A DNA stretch of 64,000 nt, taken from positions 39,246,001-39,310,000 of the forward strand of contig OX597828.1 in assembly GCA_951406725.2 (NCBI GenBank), in the 5' to 3' direction. Source of the stretch: Octopus vulgaris. Taxonomy: Eukaryota. The position numbers and the translations under genes are program-made. This document shows, one piece after another, positions 1 to 13,030 of the stretch (its first letter is position 1; every line of letters begins with the position of its first letter). The notes under the pieces were generated by a model, which did not search any database, was not told the origin of the DNA, and was given only the letters and a program-made list of their open reading frames with translations.

Positions 1-844
1 CAACTGATCAAATCCATGTCAGCCTGGATAGCGGAGGTGAAATGATGATGATGTATTCTTAAAGAAAACGTTTCCATTGTTACAGTTCTTGGGGGAGAAA
101 AAAAGAACCAAAACAGTTTCTAATAGAATGGATTTCAATTATTTTTTGAAAGCATGAAAATGTAAGCATTTTTATGCTTTGAGGGGGGAAAAGAAAATGG
201 GAGCCGTGATGCAGATACCTTTGGCAATGTAAGTGTTGTGGGGTGACGAAAAGAAAATAGCTGAAGCTAAGAATTGAAATCATACTGAAGAATTGGCTAA
301 TTGGAAAGTTGCCTTCTACATACACCACATCATTCAAAAACACACACACACACACTTTTCTCTCCTGCATTATGAAAATCAATAGAAGAACCTGAACTTT
401 CACACATTAACTTCCAATATCGCTTACTTAAAAACCTTTAATTGCATGTGTCTGTCTATCTGTCTGTCTGTCCGTCCGTCGGTAAGGAATTACATGGAGG
501 AACAATTCAACTTCCAGCTATATAACTAACAAGAGTATGTTCTAAGAAAGAGGAAATGAAACACACACACACTCACACACACACAGAGCATCTTTGCTGT
601 CTTTAGAGAGAGGTAATAAGCCATGACTTAATTTCTTTCTTTCTTTCTTTTTTTTTTGCTTACACAAGGAATGGTAGAATGTTACCATGTGCACAGTTGG
701 TGGGAAAGAATTTCTTTATACAAAGATGCATGCTTTGAAATTAATAATGTAACATAAAACAAACATGACATGAAAGGAAATAATAAAAAAAAAAATATAG
801 TTATTAATTTCTTTCTTACACATTAAGTCTCTTTCAAAGAATTG

Positions 845-882
<38 letters not shown>

Positions 883-1727
883 CTCAGGAATATTTCACTT
901 GCTAATTCTTAAGAAACATTCTGGTAAAATGGCATCATTTTTCTGGTAATTTATTTGATTTTGATTGTTTGTTTGAGAAATATTATTTTATATTGCAACC
1001 CTGCTTCATACAGCATTACCTGAACACGCCCATAGGGGAGCATCTACATGGTGGTCTTTTAGCCTCCAGTTATCTCTGATCAAGCAGCTACAGTATGATC
1101 AAAAGACATTCCAGCTGTGATAACCTTGTCTTTTTTTTCCTTTTGTTTTGTTTTGTTGTTTGTAATTTTTCACACACTGTACCTAAGACTACGTCATCTA
1201 ATATCCTCCACTACCTTTTTAATAGGGGCATGGTATGAACTGAGGAAAATTTAGCTGCTATTTCAAATAAACTGAATGATCATGTAAGGGAACTACGTAG
1301 AGATAACTTGTCCATGGCTGATCAATCCACTAGAAATAGCAGCCACTCCCTCAAATAAGAAATTCAAATACATACAATACTTCGTCCATTTAAGTCATGA
1401 ATCAGAGCAAATATATTATGACATCACCTGTTTTTTTTGCTTTTATTATTGAATATTTATTAACAGAACAGAACATTCTCCACCAGAAACGACTTATAAA
1501 TTAAAATATATTTTATATCGTTAAACAGAACATCCGCAAACAAGCTAGCTAGGTGTTGTCTGTTGGTTTTAAACTTAATTTATGTGAAAGACTTCATAAC
1601 CTAGGTTAAGGCAGAGAGGCTGCTGAGCATCAGAGGTATTTGCCAGTGTGTTAAGACAGAGATGGTTGTGTTGGAGTATAATACAAATAAACAGGTTAAC
1701 GATACAATATAATACAAATAAACAGGT

Positions 1728-2190
1728 TACTTGTTTCAGTCACTGGGCTGTGGCCATGCTGGAGCACCACCTTCAAGAGTTTAGTTAAGCCTGGCACTTA
1801 TTGGTCTTTTTACATCCTTGTTACAGTTAAGTTACAAGGATGTAAACAAAACAACACCAGTTGTTAAGTGATAGTAGGAGACAAATACAAAGATACACAC
1901 ACACACACACACATATTTATTTTTTACCTGTTTCAGTCAGACAGTGGCCATGCTGGGGCACCACCTTGATTTATATATATATATATATGTCATCATCATC
2001 ATTATTGTTATCGTTTAAAATCCACCTTTCATGCTGGCATTATATATAAGCTTCTTTCAGTTTCCATCGGTCAAATCCACTTACAAGACTTTCAGTAGCC
2101 CAGGGCTATAGCAAAACACATTTGCCTAAGGGGCCATGCAGTGGGACTGAACTCAGAATCATGTGGTTGGGAAGAAAACTTCTGTCCTAT
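1728..2190 (-). mobile_element. Degraded tRNA-derived SINE (family A)
   Basis: Reverse complement of family A segments: TTGTTTCAGTCA..GGCCATGCTGGAGCACC tail and CTTCTTTCAGTTTCC..GTGGGACTGAAC..ATGTGGTTGG head; rearranged internally. Confidence 0.7.
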
Positions 2191-2380
2191 ATTATTTGTA
2201 TATTTTTGTAGATCTGCTTTTTTTCAAGACAATAAAGTATGATCTGAGTGAGATTTGACTGCTATTCTTAGCGGATTTAGTGACCATGTAGAGGCTCCCT
2301 TATTAGCTCAGCTGTCTGGAATGATGGTGGAAGAAAGATGAAGTGGTGATGAGATTAGATGCAAAAAAGCCAAATGATAG

Positions 2381-2630
2381 CCAGCATCAGTTGTTAGTTG
2401 TTGGAGCACTGCATCCTTCAAAACTTCCATGCTTCCTGAGATTCGCCAACACTACACCTGACTTTCTCCCCTCCATACACACGCAAGCATGCATCTGACT
2501 CATACACTGTTCACTTTCCAGACAGTTGTACATTACTGCATATGCTTTATATGCACTTTTGACAAGTTGTGGTGCACCTGAGCACTGTATACAATAATTT
2601 CGTTATTACTATTATTATTATTATTATTAT
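2381..2630 (+). mobile_element. CR1/L2-type LINE 3' fragment (ORF2 C-terminus, 3' UTR, (ATT)n tail)
   Basis: 2381-2461 translates PASVVSCWSTASFKTSMLPEIRQHYT*, matching the CR1-type WNxLPxxVV...SFK C-terminal pattern; ends in (ATT)n. Confidence 0.65.
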
Positions 2631-2904
2631 ATAGGATCGAGATGACTACGGATGTGGTGCTGCAGACCTGTCAAAAAATGAAATGATAGTCTCATCTGTA
2701 ACTGAGTTTTGCTTGTTGCCACCATTAGAGTGTGTTGATCAACTGAGTTGATAAGGGCGGGGCTGAAACCAAACATATGAAAGTAAGTATGAATAAAATC
2801 ATCAATTTCATATAAGGAATATTTCCTGATAGTTTGATTACACACACACACACACACACACAGAGGCCATGATGGAATCTTTCAGTAGCACATTTGACAA
2901 AGAA

Positions 2905-3073
2905 ATCTGAATGCTAGTTAATTCGTGTTGTTTTGAATTAATCTTATAGCTTCAGGATTTCAATGATGTGTTTGTCTATTTTAGAATGACATTGTAGGGT
3001 AGGTGTGAGAGGTTCGATCTGGTCAGTTGAACATTTAGGCAGGGTATGGCCAGATTAAATGCTAAGGTGTTAA
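2905..3073 (-). mobile_element. piggyBac-type MITE fragment (same family as 21947-22141)
   Basis: Contains TAGAATGACATTGTAGGGTAGGTGTGAGAGG and ends TTAAATGCTAAGGTGTTAA, the reverse complement of the family TIR region. Confidence 0.5.
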
Positions 3074-3747
3074 AGAGTAGCTAAATCTCTCTTGAATCAC
3101 GTGCCCCCAGAATAAAAAATAATTTTTAAAAAAAGGTTTAATCCCTTACTAGTTTTAGGAAGAAAAATCTTTAAAAAAAATCCTCGTTGGATAATGTTGT
3201 CCTGGATACATTGTGGATGAAGATAAAAAAACAACAACAAAAGCAACAGGATGTGTGGTTGCAGCTGAAAAGCTGAAATGTCATTATTCTCCCATTCACC
3301 CTGTCATCTAAGAGATTTACATTTTATTCAGAAAAGAAGACATTTGAACATGAGGAATTTGATACTGGGTCACAGTTATAAAGTACAATTATTTAATCAG
3401 GTAAAAAGAGACAGTACCTATGACTTTTAAAACCCCCACACAAATGGTAAGACTTATGTGAATGATACTTGGCGTGCAAGAAGACACTAGACAGAGAAGG
3501 AACTGAGGTGGAGTCTGGTCTGAATATTTGCAATAGAATGAAGTTAAAGGTACCAAAGGAATAAGTGGTGGCAGTGGTGATATTAGGCTGGGTTTCATGT
3601 TGGGTTTACCTGTCACCCAGTTTTAACTAAAACAGAATAAAGAGAGAGAGAAGAGAATTGAGAGTAAGACACAGTAAAAACAACAGTATCAGTTTTATAA
3701 TAATGATAATAATAATAATGTCGTGGATGTAAATAACAAAATGAAAC

Positions 3748-4038
3748 CATTGATCATGTCTCCATGTGCAGTTTTCTTGCACCTACAGAGTATCTCAACA
3801 GGCATGATAGAGCAGCATATTTGCAGAAACCTGGACCTGTCCCATGATAAAAACTGGTGGGAACACAAACCACCTCCAGTGCTTGAAAATGATCACATCT
3901 CACTCCTCTGGAACATCACCATTCAAACTGATAGATGCAAATAGGCCAGACATTGAAAGACTACAGACAAAAATCATGCCTCCTCATTGATATGACTGTC
4001 CCAATCAACATAAGTGTATCTGTCAAGACCTACCAAAG
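3748..4038 (+). mobile_element. R4/Dong-type (restriction-like endonuclease) LINE fragment, frameshifted
   Basis: Across frames reads LAPTEYLNRHDRA..ICRNLDLSHDKNWWEHKPPPVLENDHISLLWNITIQTDR..ANRPDI..CLLIDMTVP. RHD and NRPD are motifs of R4-clade non-LTR elements. Confidence 0.8.
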
Positions 4039-5490
4039 AGGGTCACGAACCCTTTTCAGAATTTCAACTTGGGAAATAGAGAAAATGGCAAGGCATTCTG
4101 TCTGATGCTCTAAAAAACCCACCAACTTGCTGCTTATATTTCAGTCTCAACTACATTGCTATTGGGAATGGCATGAGTGTCAGAAACCTTTTTCAACAAC
4201 CCACAACAAACTACAGTTTTGTGTCTATTTGAAAAATGTAGTGGTAAATTAATCTAGTGTACTCCATGATACACAATGACACTATCGAAGAAAGATTTTC
4301 TGAAAGATGCAAAAAAAAAAAAAAAAAGGAAAAGCAATTTCAACAAAACTTTAAAATATTTCATTGAGCAAATAACAGAGTCAAAAGGAACCAGTAATTA
4401 ACTTACAGAAGTGGAAAAAATTACTTGAAACTGATGAATATTAATTCTAAAACTGATTAGAAATTAACTCACAAAATTAGAAACAAATGCTACAAACTAA
4501 TTAATATTAATTTTAGAATTGATCTGGAATTAATTAACAGGATTGGAAAAAAAAATTACACCAAACTGATTAATAATAATTTTAGAAAAGATATTTAGTT
4601 TTATCTATTTTTTTAATCATTATTTTTTAAAACTATATTTCTTTCAATTTTGCTTTACCTCTTCATTATCTCAGTTGAGAGTTACTATTACATCTCATTC
4701 ATCAAGTGATGTAATTTTTATAAGCATTTCACCTCATGGTTTAATACTCCTATCTTAATTCAACTCCACCCATCTTAATTTATCTCACAATTTAATTAAT
4801 CCCACATCTTAATTCATCTCTTCTAATGAAATACACTATTTTTCAATTAATTTTTTAAATAATTCAAAGGTTTGGTGGGATTTAGTAAAATTAAATTGGC
4901 GTCATTGATATCTCATAATATAGCATCATCATCATTTTTATGTCTGCTTTTCCATATGGGTTTAGACAAAAGTTCTGAAGCAATTTCTTTTTAGCCATAT
5001 GCCCTTCTTGATACTATCATTTTTAATCACCTTCCAACCTTCTACTGGGATATAGTGTATCTATTCTAAAAAAGAAATAGAACACACCACATATTTTAAC
5101 CCATGTTGCATCTTAATGTCAATTCTTTTTTTCTTTTTTTGTGATATTGGCAAAGAATCAATTATCTTCTATGTTCATATTTAACCAAAACCATATTGAG
5201 AAAGACAGCCATCTCTATCTTCCCTTCAGCTAACCAAACTACTGCAAAACATATAGCCATATACTCATCTCTGTCAAGTTGACAGTACCAATACAATAAA
5301 AAAAGGCCCCTAGGGAGTATAGAGGGTTAACATTAGTAGTGATTTTAATGGTTTTTATTGATTTTCATATACAGGAAGTCTGTTGAGTAAGACTGTTTCT
5401 TTGTTGTATGTAGTTAATGTATATTTGAGTTATATAAGGAAACCAGGCTGTTATATGACCATTGGAAGATGTGTTCAAGTCCTCTCTCTT

Positions 5491-5801
5491 TACTCTTTTA
5501 TTTGTTTCAGTCACTTGACTGTGGCCTCGCTGGAGCACCGCCTTTAGTTGAGCAGATAGAAACACACCAGCATCGGTTGTCAAGCAATGTTGGGGGGACA
5601 AATACAGATACACAAAGATATATGTACATACATACATATGACAGGCTTCTTTCAGTTTCCATCTACCAAATCCACTCACAAGGCTTTGGTCAGCCTGAGG
5701 CTATAGTAGTAGACACTTGCCCAAGGTGCCACGCAGTAGGACTGAACCTGGAACCATGTGGTTGGTAAGCAAGCTACTTACCACACAGCCACTCCTACGC
5801 C
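5491..5801 (-). mobile_element. SINE family A (internal deletion)
   Basis: Reverse complement of the GGCGTAGGAGTGGCTGTGTGGTAAG head and the GACTGAAACAAATAAAAGAGTAAAGAG tail. Confidence 0.85.
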
Positions 5802-7446
5802 TATGTTCATGAAACCAGAATAAGTTTTCTTTATTCCAACATAAAACCTTCAGTTAGGTCTTCTTGAAACAATCATTGAGAGGGTTACTGTGTAGGAAGC
5901 TGGTAAGTGATTCCAACTTCTAAAGTAATTCCAATTTATATCACCATATTAGGCCAATGTCATAACCACAAGACACATGTCCACAGACAGGCTTAACAGA
6001 GGACACTCAGGTGAATCATATCACAATGCAAATCTAGTATAAGGTGCTTAGGGTACATGTGGTTGATTCTCCTTTGTTGAATGTTAAGGAATAGTGAAAG
6101 ACGGTTTTGTCTGCATGAGTATGTGTGTGGTTAGAAGTTATAGTGAGAAGGTAATGTATAGAAGGAAAAATGTGAGAGATATCTGAAGCCTTCACGGTAT
6201 ACCAGATAGCAAGTGGAGAGTCAATAAGAATTTTTACCAATTCATCTAATGGAGCTGTTGAACAAGAACTTCTGATGTAAGCGAAGAGAGGTGAATGGTG
6301 TCTGTAGGTGGACAATTTACGTGGTTTTTATGTCAGCATCAGACAAAGGTTTCACTGATGTCAAGGACAACATTTTTGACAAAGAAATCAAAGGTGAAAG
6401 AAAGTGAATGCAATGAAAAAAAACTGGGTGGCTTACAACTGTTTCAACCAACTTTGAACTGTTTGAAAATGAGGGAAATAAGGTGGTTGTTGGTGGGGCC
6501 AGATTTTGAGCTAGAAACAGCAGGTTTTATTGGTAACTTACAGGTATGCAATGGAGAAAAAGGATTCTGTAGAAAGACAGAGATGAATTTTAGAAAAGAA
6601 TTTAGACTATAGCATGGAGTTTGGACAACAGCAATGGATTAAAGATAAAGGGTGAGAGATTTGTGTCCCATTTTTTTTCATTTTAAATTTATGTTGACTT
6701 TTTTCCATACTGAAATGGGTTAGCATAATTTTCTTGTGGCATATTCTATGGTTAGAACCTGTCTTGATGACCACCCTTACTTTTCAAGAAAGGTATTTTA
6801 TTCCACATCTTCCATCACTGCTGCCTAAGCAGTGTCAATGCAAGAACATGTGGAGACACACACACATATATACAATGAACATTTGTACAGCGTTTTTCTA
6901 ACTGAACGTTAATCAAACCAAGGGTGTAGTAGAGGACTCTTGCCCACTCGGTGGGACTGAACCTGAAACCAGACAGTTGTAATGAATGAGATGAGTAGGA
7001 CATCCTGGATAGAGTTGTGGTTGGATAGAAGCCTGAGAGGGAGAGAGAAACAAAGATGGGTAAATATAGGTGTGTGTGTGTGTGAGAGAGAGGGACAGAG
7101 AGAGAGAGGGACAGAGAAAGAGAGAGAGAGTGGGGAAGAGAGAGCAAAAGAGATAGAGTGGGGATATAACTGAGAGAGACAGAAAATGGAACTGGTGGTG
7201 CAATGCTAAACTAACTAGAGAGCTGACATATATACTTTGATAGTCGGCAATCTGATGTTTAATCCTCTTACACAAGAAAAAAAATTGTGATACATTAGAT
7301 TAGATGGCTTGGTCGTCTTTGGAGTGGGTCACAGAATCACACACACACACATAACAGAACAGAAAAACATACTTTACAGTTATTGCATGCTGAATCCTTT
7401 ATTATCAAACATCTGCAACTTGTCTTATCTGTACATACCACATTTT

Positions 7447-7448
<2 letters not shown>

Positions 7449-7520
<72 letters not shown>

Positions 7521-7535
7521 ATATATATATATATT

Positions 7536-7580
<45 letters not shown>

Positions 7581-7598
7581 GTATATATATATATGTGC

Positions 7599-7645
<47 letters not shown>
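7449..7645. repeat. Compound (TA)n/(TG)n microsatellite
   Basis: Directly visible; accounts for four spurious ORFs. Confidence 0.95.
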
Positions 7646-7647
<2 letters not shown>

Positions 7648-8334
7648 GTATGTAATACACCCATACACATACATGTATTTATAGGGGTGAGGAACATATG
7701 ATAAAGAGTGACTGAGCCCTTTTTATGGAGTTTACAACACCAGAAAGATTACATTAGTTATACCACGGTACCCAATCAGATTCTTATAAGTACACATACA
7801 GAAATAAGATATATACATACATACATACATACATATATAAAATGAAACCTGTTTTAACAAATGAAATATAAAAAAAAAAAAATTTAATGTTTTCATCTAA
7901 TGATAAACTTACATGATAGACATATGCTATTTCAGGCAGGAGTAGCGTGTGTGTGTGTGTGTTTTCCTTATCTTTTCATATCAGCTTGGCAGTGAAATAG
8001 TGGAGACATTAAATATTTTCCAAAGCCTCAAATGTTTGCACAAGTATTCAACAATATTTGCAGAAAGATAAAAATTCACATAATTTGAAGAATTAAGAAA
8101 ATAGGTACATAAATTCTGTTTATTTTCTTCATTCATTACTTAATTGGTCAAGTGATAATATGTAAATGTATGTATATTCTTTCCTCCCCCACCCCCAGTT
8201 TTGTATTCCTAACACCACAAGGTGGTTATATAATTAGTGCGCTGGATCTCAAGTTCACGAGTTCAAACCCAGCTAGCAGACAATTTATTTCACTTGGCAT
8301 CATCAAAGGGATAAATATTAGAAGAGAAATCCCA

Positions 8335-8625
8335 ACCACAAGGTTCTGGGTTCAGTCTCACTGTGCAGAATGTGTCTTCTACTGTAGCTCTGGGCCAACC
8401 AAAGACTTGTGAGTGAATTTAGTAGACAGAAACTGAAAGAAGCCCCTTGTGTGTGTGTGTGTGTGTGTCATCATCATCACAATCATCATCATCATTTAAC
8501 ATCTGTTGTCTGTGTTTGTGTGTCCTTTATGTTTGTGTTTGTTCCCCACCACTGCTGGTTTGTTTAAATCCCAGTAACTTAGCAGCTCAGCAAAAGGAAC
8601 CGATAGAGTAGGTTCCAGGCTTGAT
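8335..8625 (+). mobile_element. SINE family A, partial
   Basis: CCACAAGGTTCTGGGTTCAGTC..GTGAGTGAATTTAGTAGACAGAAACTGAAAGAAGCC, then a microsatellite, then GTAACTTAGCAG..CCGATAGA. Confidence 0.7.
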
Positions 8626-8720
8626 CACAAGACACTGGACAAGTGACAACAAGTGTTGAAACCTTGAGTTACACATTCCTATAGGTACACACAAGCATGT
8701 CAGTATCATACGTGCAGGAA

Positions 8721-9148
8721 GGAGGCAAGCTGGCAGAAACGTTAGATCACCGGGTGAAATGCTTAACAATATTTCGTCTGTCTTTACGTTGTGAGTTCAA
8801 ATTCCGCCGAGGTCGACTTTGCCTTTCATCCTTTCGGGGTCGATAAATTAAGTACCAGTTATGCACTGGGGTCGATCTAATCGGCTTAATCCCTTTGTCT
8901 GTCCTTGTTTGTCCCCTCTATGTTTAGCCCCTTGTGGGCAATAAAGAAATAAGAAACATTAGCATGCCATGTGAAATGCTTAGCAGTATTTCGTCTGTCT
9001 TTATGTTCTGAGTTCAAATTCCGCTGAGGTCAACTTTGCCTTTCAGCATTTCAGGGTCAATAAATTAAGTACTAGTTGCCTACTGAGGCGGTCTAATCAA
9101 CTGGCTCCCTCTCCAAAACTTTTGGGCCTTGTTCCTAGAGTAGGAAAG
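8721..9148 (+). mobile_element. Two nested SINE family B copies
   Basis: The B core GAGTTCAAATTCCGC.GAGGTC.ACTTTGCCTTTCA occurs twice. The first copy ends GCCCCTTGTGGGCAATAAAGAAATA and is bracketed by AGAAAC(G/A)TTAG. The core resembles a Meta-type SINE domain (from memory, unverified). Confidence 0.85.
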
Positions 9149-9169
9149 TATCATACATACAGGAACAGA

Positions 9170-9592
9170 TGCAGGCATAGCTATGTGGTTAAGAAGTTTG
9201 CTTCCTAACCACATAGGTTCAGGTTCAGTCCCACAGCGTGGCATATTGGGCAAGCGTCTTCTATAGGCCCAGGTCAGCCAGTCTCATGTGAGTGGATTTG
9301 ATAGATGGACACTGAAAGACACACACACACACGTGCGTGCGTGCGTGTGTGTGACTGTCTCCTTGCTTTGATTTCATGTGGTGGTTGTAAACAAGTACCA
9401 CTCTCCTGCAAGTAATGTCCTTCATTTCCAATCTTTCACGAAATAGGTCTGGTTATAGGGAATATTACCTTACTTGAAACTAGGTGAGGGATGGTGAGAG
9501 GAAGGCCATCTAGCTGTAGAATATCTGGCTCAAAAAACCCTGCTCAACCCATGCAAGCATGTAAATGTGGACATTAAACGATGATTATGATG
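9170..9592 (+). mobile_element. SINE family D (A-type tRNA head with RTE-like 3' tail)
   Basis: Head as in family A; different body; tail GGAAGGCCATCTAGCTGTAGAA..ACCCATGCAAGCATG..GGACATTAAACGATGAT matches the 3' end of the RTE at about 60470-60613. Confidence 0.75.
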
Positions 9593-10646
9593 ATATACAC
9601 ACATATATGTATGCCCGTGCAAATGTGTGTGTCTCTAAATGCGTAAGTTGTGCCTAAATACACATATTTGTGTGTGTATGCATGTGAGTCCACGTACATG
9701 TATATGTTCACATACACAAAAAAAAAAACATTACTTCCAAATGCTGGACTAATATCTTAAAAAAAAAAAAAAAAAAAAAAATCAGAATAAAAGACATAAT
9801 TAATTTTATCTACCTTCCACAAATTTAGAACTACAGAAATAGATATTTTTACAGCAAAACAAGATACACCAATATCTGATGGCATCATTTTCTTAGTTAC
9901 CGAATTTACTGCTGACTTGATAACACTCAATGACATGTATCTGATAGCATAGATTTGGTACAGAGCATACTTTTTTTTTGTTTTTTGTTTTACTACAGGC
10001 ATATTTATTTATTTACTATTTATTTTATTTATTTATTTATTTATTTATCAATTCAATCAGTTGACAGGTGTTCAATAACTATCAAGAACCTGGATATAAC
10101 AAATTAGAGGACAGGTGTTTCATAATAAATAAAGATAAATAAAAACCATAAAACCAAAAGATGGTAGAATCAACAATAACATCACTGATGATGATGATAA
10201 TAATAATAATAAATTAATGATATAAAGCAGCTGCTGACAGAAATCCAATTTTAAAGCAAGATGAATAAACGATCTTGATAGATTTTGGAATTACCTGCCT
10301 TTTTCATTGGTGTATAAATAGCATTTTTTTTTTAAATTAAAAACTAAACGTTTTTTTTTTTCCTGTTAATTTTTTAAAATCACATTTCTGCTTTCAATAA
10401 AAATATATATTTCAAAAAAGACTAGACACAAAAAAAGTTTTCCTTATGGAAACTGGTAATCTTTAAAAACTGATACCATTTTGAGGTAAACACAAATAAC
10501 TGGAACCACACACACAAATACTTATGAAAACAATATAACAGGTGGTTAATATATTCTCAGGTGTCTAAATGCCAAAGATATTTAGCTATTAATTAAGGTT
10601 ACAATTTTCTAGACCAGTGACCTCCTCTTCAGAATGTATATTTACA

Positions 10647-11025
10647 GGGCTGTGAGGTAGGAAATTGGCTTCCCAACCATATGATTTTGGGTTCAGTCCC
10701 ACTGTGTGATACCTTGAGCATGGGTCTTCTACTCTAGCCTGAGCTGATCAAAGCCTTGTGAGTGGATTTGGTAGACGGAAACTAAGAGAAGTGTATGTTT
10801 GTGTCTCCTTGTCTTGAAATCACATGATTGTTATAAATGAATATCATTCAATTCCAATATTTTATGAAAAGCATGTTCTCGTCTTGGTAAAATATTACCT
10901 TGCTTGGAACCAGGTAAGGTTTGTTAACAGGAAGAGTATCTGGCTGTAGAAAATCTACCTCAATAAATTCCATTTGACCCGTGCAATTGTGGAAATGTGA
11001 ACGTAAAAAATGAAAATGATAATGA
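10647..11025 (+). mobile_element. SINE family D
   Basis: Same head/body/tail order as 9170-9592. Confidence 0.7.
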
Positions 11026-11376
11026 CATCTACACTGTTTTCTATCCAATCTGGTGTTTTATTTTTCTGGATATGTACAGAGCCCCCCAGATTTGATTCAA
11101 ATTAGAAATTTTCATTTCAGTAATGATATTCTTAACTGAGACACTTATAACTCTCGTATGGTGCTATAGTACATACCTATAGAACACCTGATAAGGATTG
11201 ACGAACAACCCAATAAAATCAGGGTAGACATAAAATCTGCATAGGCCTAAAAATTATAATCTTATCACTAGGTATCATTTAAAAAAGTATTTTATGTTCT
11301 TTGCCAAGAAGTTAGGTTCTTAGACTAAATTTTTTTTACACTTTTATCAAATAATGCACTTTTACACCCACACAAG

Positions 11377-12203
11377 CATCATCACTATTCAACATCCACT
11401 TATTCATGCTTACAAGGATCAGATGGAATTTGTTGAGACTGATTTTCTATGGACGGATAGATGCCTTCTCTGTGGCCGACCCTCACCTGCTTCCAAGTGA
11501 AGCAAATATTTCCTAAGGGCCTGACATGTTTTTCATAGAAGGCTAGAAACAAACATCACTTGTGTGACAGTAATGCTTGTTTACTATTATCACAAGGGTT
11601 CACTAAGAAAACACACATGCAAATACACACACACACATACATACATACATACATATATACATGCAAACACATACACACATGCATGCATACTCTATCCCTT
11701 TACTCTTTTACTCGTTTAAGTCATTTGACTGCGGCCATGCTGGAGCACCGTCTTTAGTCGAGCAAATCGACCCCAGGACTTTATTCTTTGTAAGCCTAGT
11801 ACTTATTCTATTGGTCTCTTCTGCGGAACTGCTAAGTGACAGGGACTTAATACAGCAGCATCGGTTGTCAAGTGATGTTGGGGGGGACAAACACACAAAC
11901 ACGCACATATATATATATACGATGGGCTTCTTTCAGTTTCCGTCTACCAAATCCACTCACAAGGCTTTGGTTGGCCCGAGGCTATAGTAGAAGACACTTG
12001 CCCAAGGTGCCACACAGTATGTGCATGTACACATACATATGATTGGCTTCTTTCAGTTTCCAATTCCAACTACTAAATCTATTCATTAGGCTTTGGTTGG
12101 CCTGAGGCTATAGTAGGAGACATTTGCTTACGTTGCAACACAGTGGAACTGAACCAAAGACTAAAGATGATTAGGAAGCAAGCTCCTCAACCTCACAGCC
12201 ACA
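11377..12203 (-). mobile_element. SINE family D with a 5'-truncated family A copy (11700-12017) nested in its internal microsatellite
   Basis: D tail/body at 11377-11600, (CA/TA)n, A body at 11700-12017, then an A/D-type head at 12040-12203. Confidence 0.7.
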
Positions 12204-12367
12204 CACCATTAATATCCATATCAGAAGAATGTATTTATTGTGAATCTAAGTTCTAATTTATGTTCATTTATATCCTTGTTTGTTTTTTGTTGTTTTTTTT
12301 TCCTTTTAATTGTTATTTCTAACATTGAAACCAGAAAACAGGCAGTGGTGAGGGTAGTTGATTAAAT

Positions 12368-12678
12368 ACATGTGACTGGGGACCACATGGGAACTTATAT
12401 TACCCACTGACACTCCAGACATGATCTCTACACCTTGACCATGAATGATGACTATGGAATCTGCAGTACCGGACGCACTTGCTCTTCAAATAGGGCAGTT
12501 GTCAAACTAGCAAGCTGGATTTTTGGGTCACAGGCAGAAGCATTACTTTGCCTGCTGGAATGTTTGGGCCAGCCACCGGATGCGGTTAGCATTCATGAAA
12601 GACATGGTGAACTTGTTGGTCAGAGCTGGCTCAACTCACCCTGGATGAATGCTGCCACAGGTAAAAATGAATAAGTAA
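12368..12678 (+). mobile_element. Unclassified 311-bp retroposed insert with 14-bp target-site duplication
   Basis: GTAGTTGATTAAAT at 12354-12367 and 12679-12692; 3' end GAATAAGTAA(GTA); sits inside a decayed family B copy. Confidence 0.65.
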
Positions 12679-12822
12679 GTAGTTGATTAAATCCCCCTTG
12701 GTACATGACTGGAATTTCATTCTATTGAACCCAGAAGGAAATAAAGCAGCCCTTGGAAGGATTTGAACTCAGAGCAAAAAGAACTGGAATGAATACTGCA
12801 AAGCATCTTTTCAACATGCCAG

Positions 12823-13030
12823 TCATCACCATCATCGTTTAATGTCCGCTTTCCCTGCTAGCATGGGTTGGACGATTTGACTGAGGACTGGCAAACCAGA
12901 TGGCTGCACTAGGCTCCAATCTTGATCTGGCAAAGTTTCTACAGCTGGATGCCCTTCCTAATGCTAACCACTCTGAGAGTGTAGTGGGTGCTTTAATGTG
13001 CCACCGGCATGAGGGCCACTCAGGCGGTAC
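12823..13030 (-). mobile_element. RTE LINE 3'-end fragment
   Basis: CATCATCGTTTAATGTCCGCTTTCC.TGCTAGCATGGGTTGGAC..GGATGCCCTTCCTAA is the reverse complement of about 60420-60613. Confidence 0.85.

Noticed and set aside
5830-6700. Possible highly decayed LINE-derived sequence and 93-105 aa ORFs
   Set aside because: No diagnostic RT or endonuclease motif could be read with confidence.
7309-7701. Y/I-rich ORFs of 87-130 aa
   Set aside because: Dinucleotide repeat artefacts.
10295-10307. ATG AAA AAG GCA G|GTAATT on the minus strand
   Set aside because: Donor plus ATG alone is expected by chance in 64 kb; no promoter or acceptor support.
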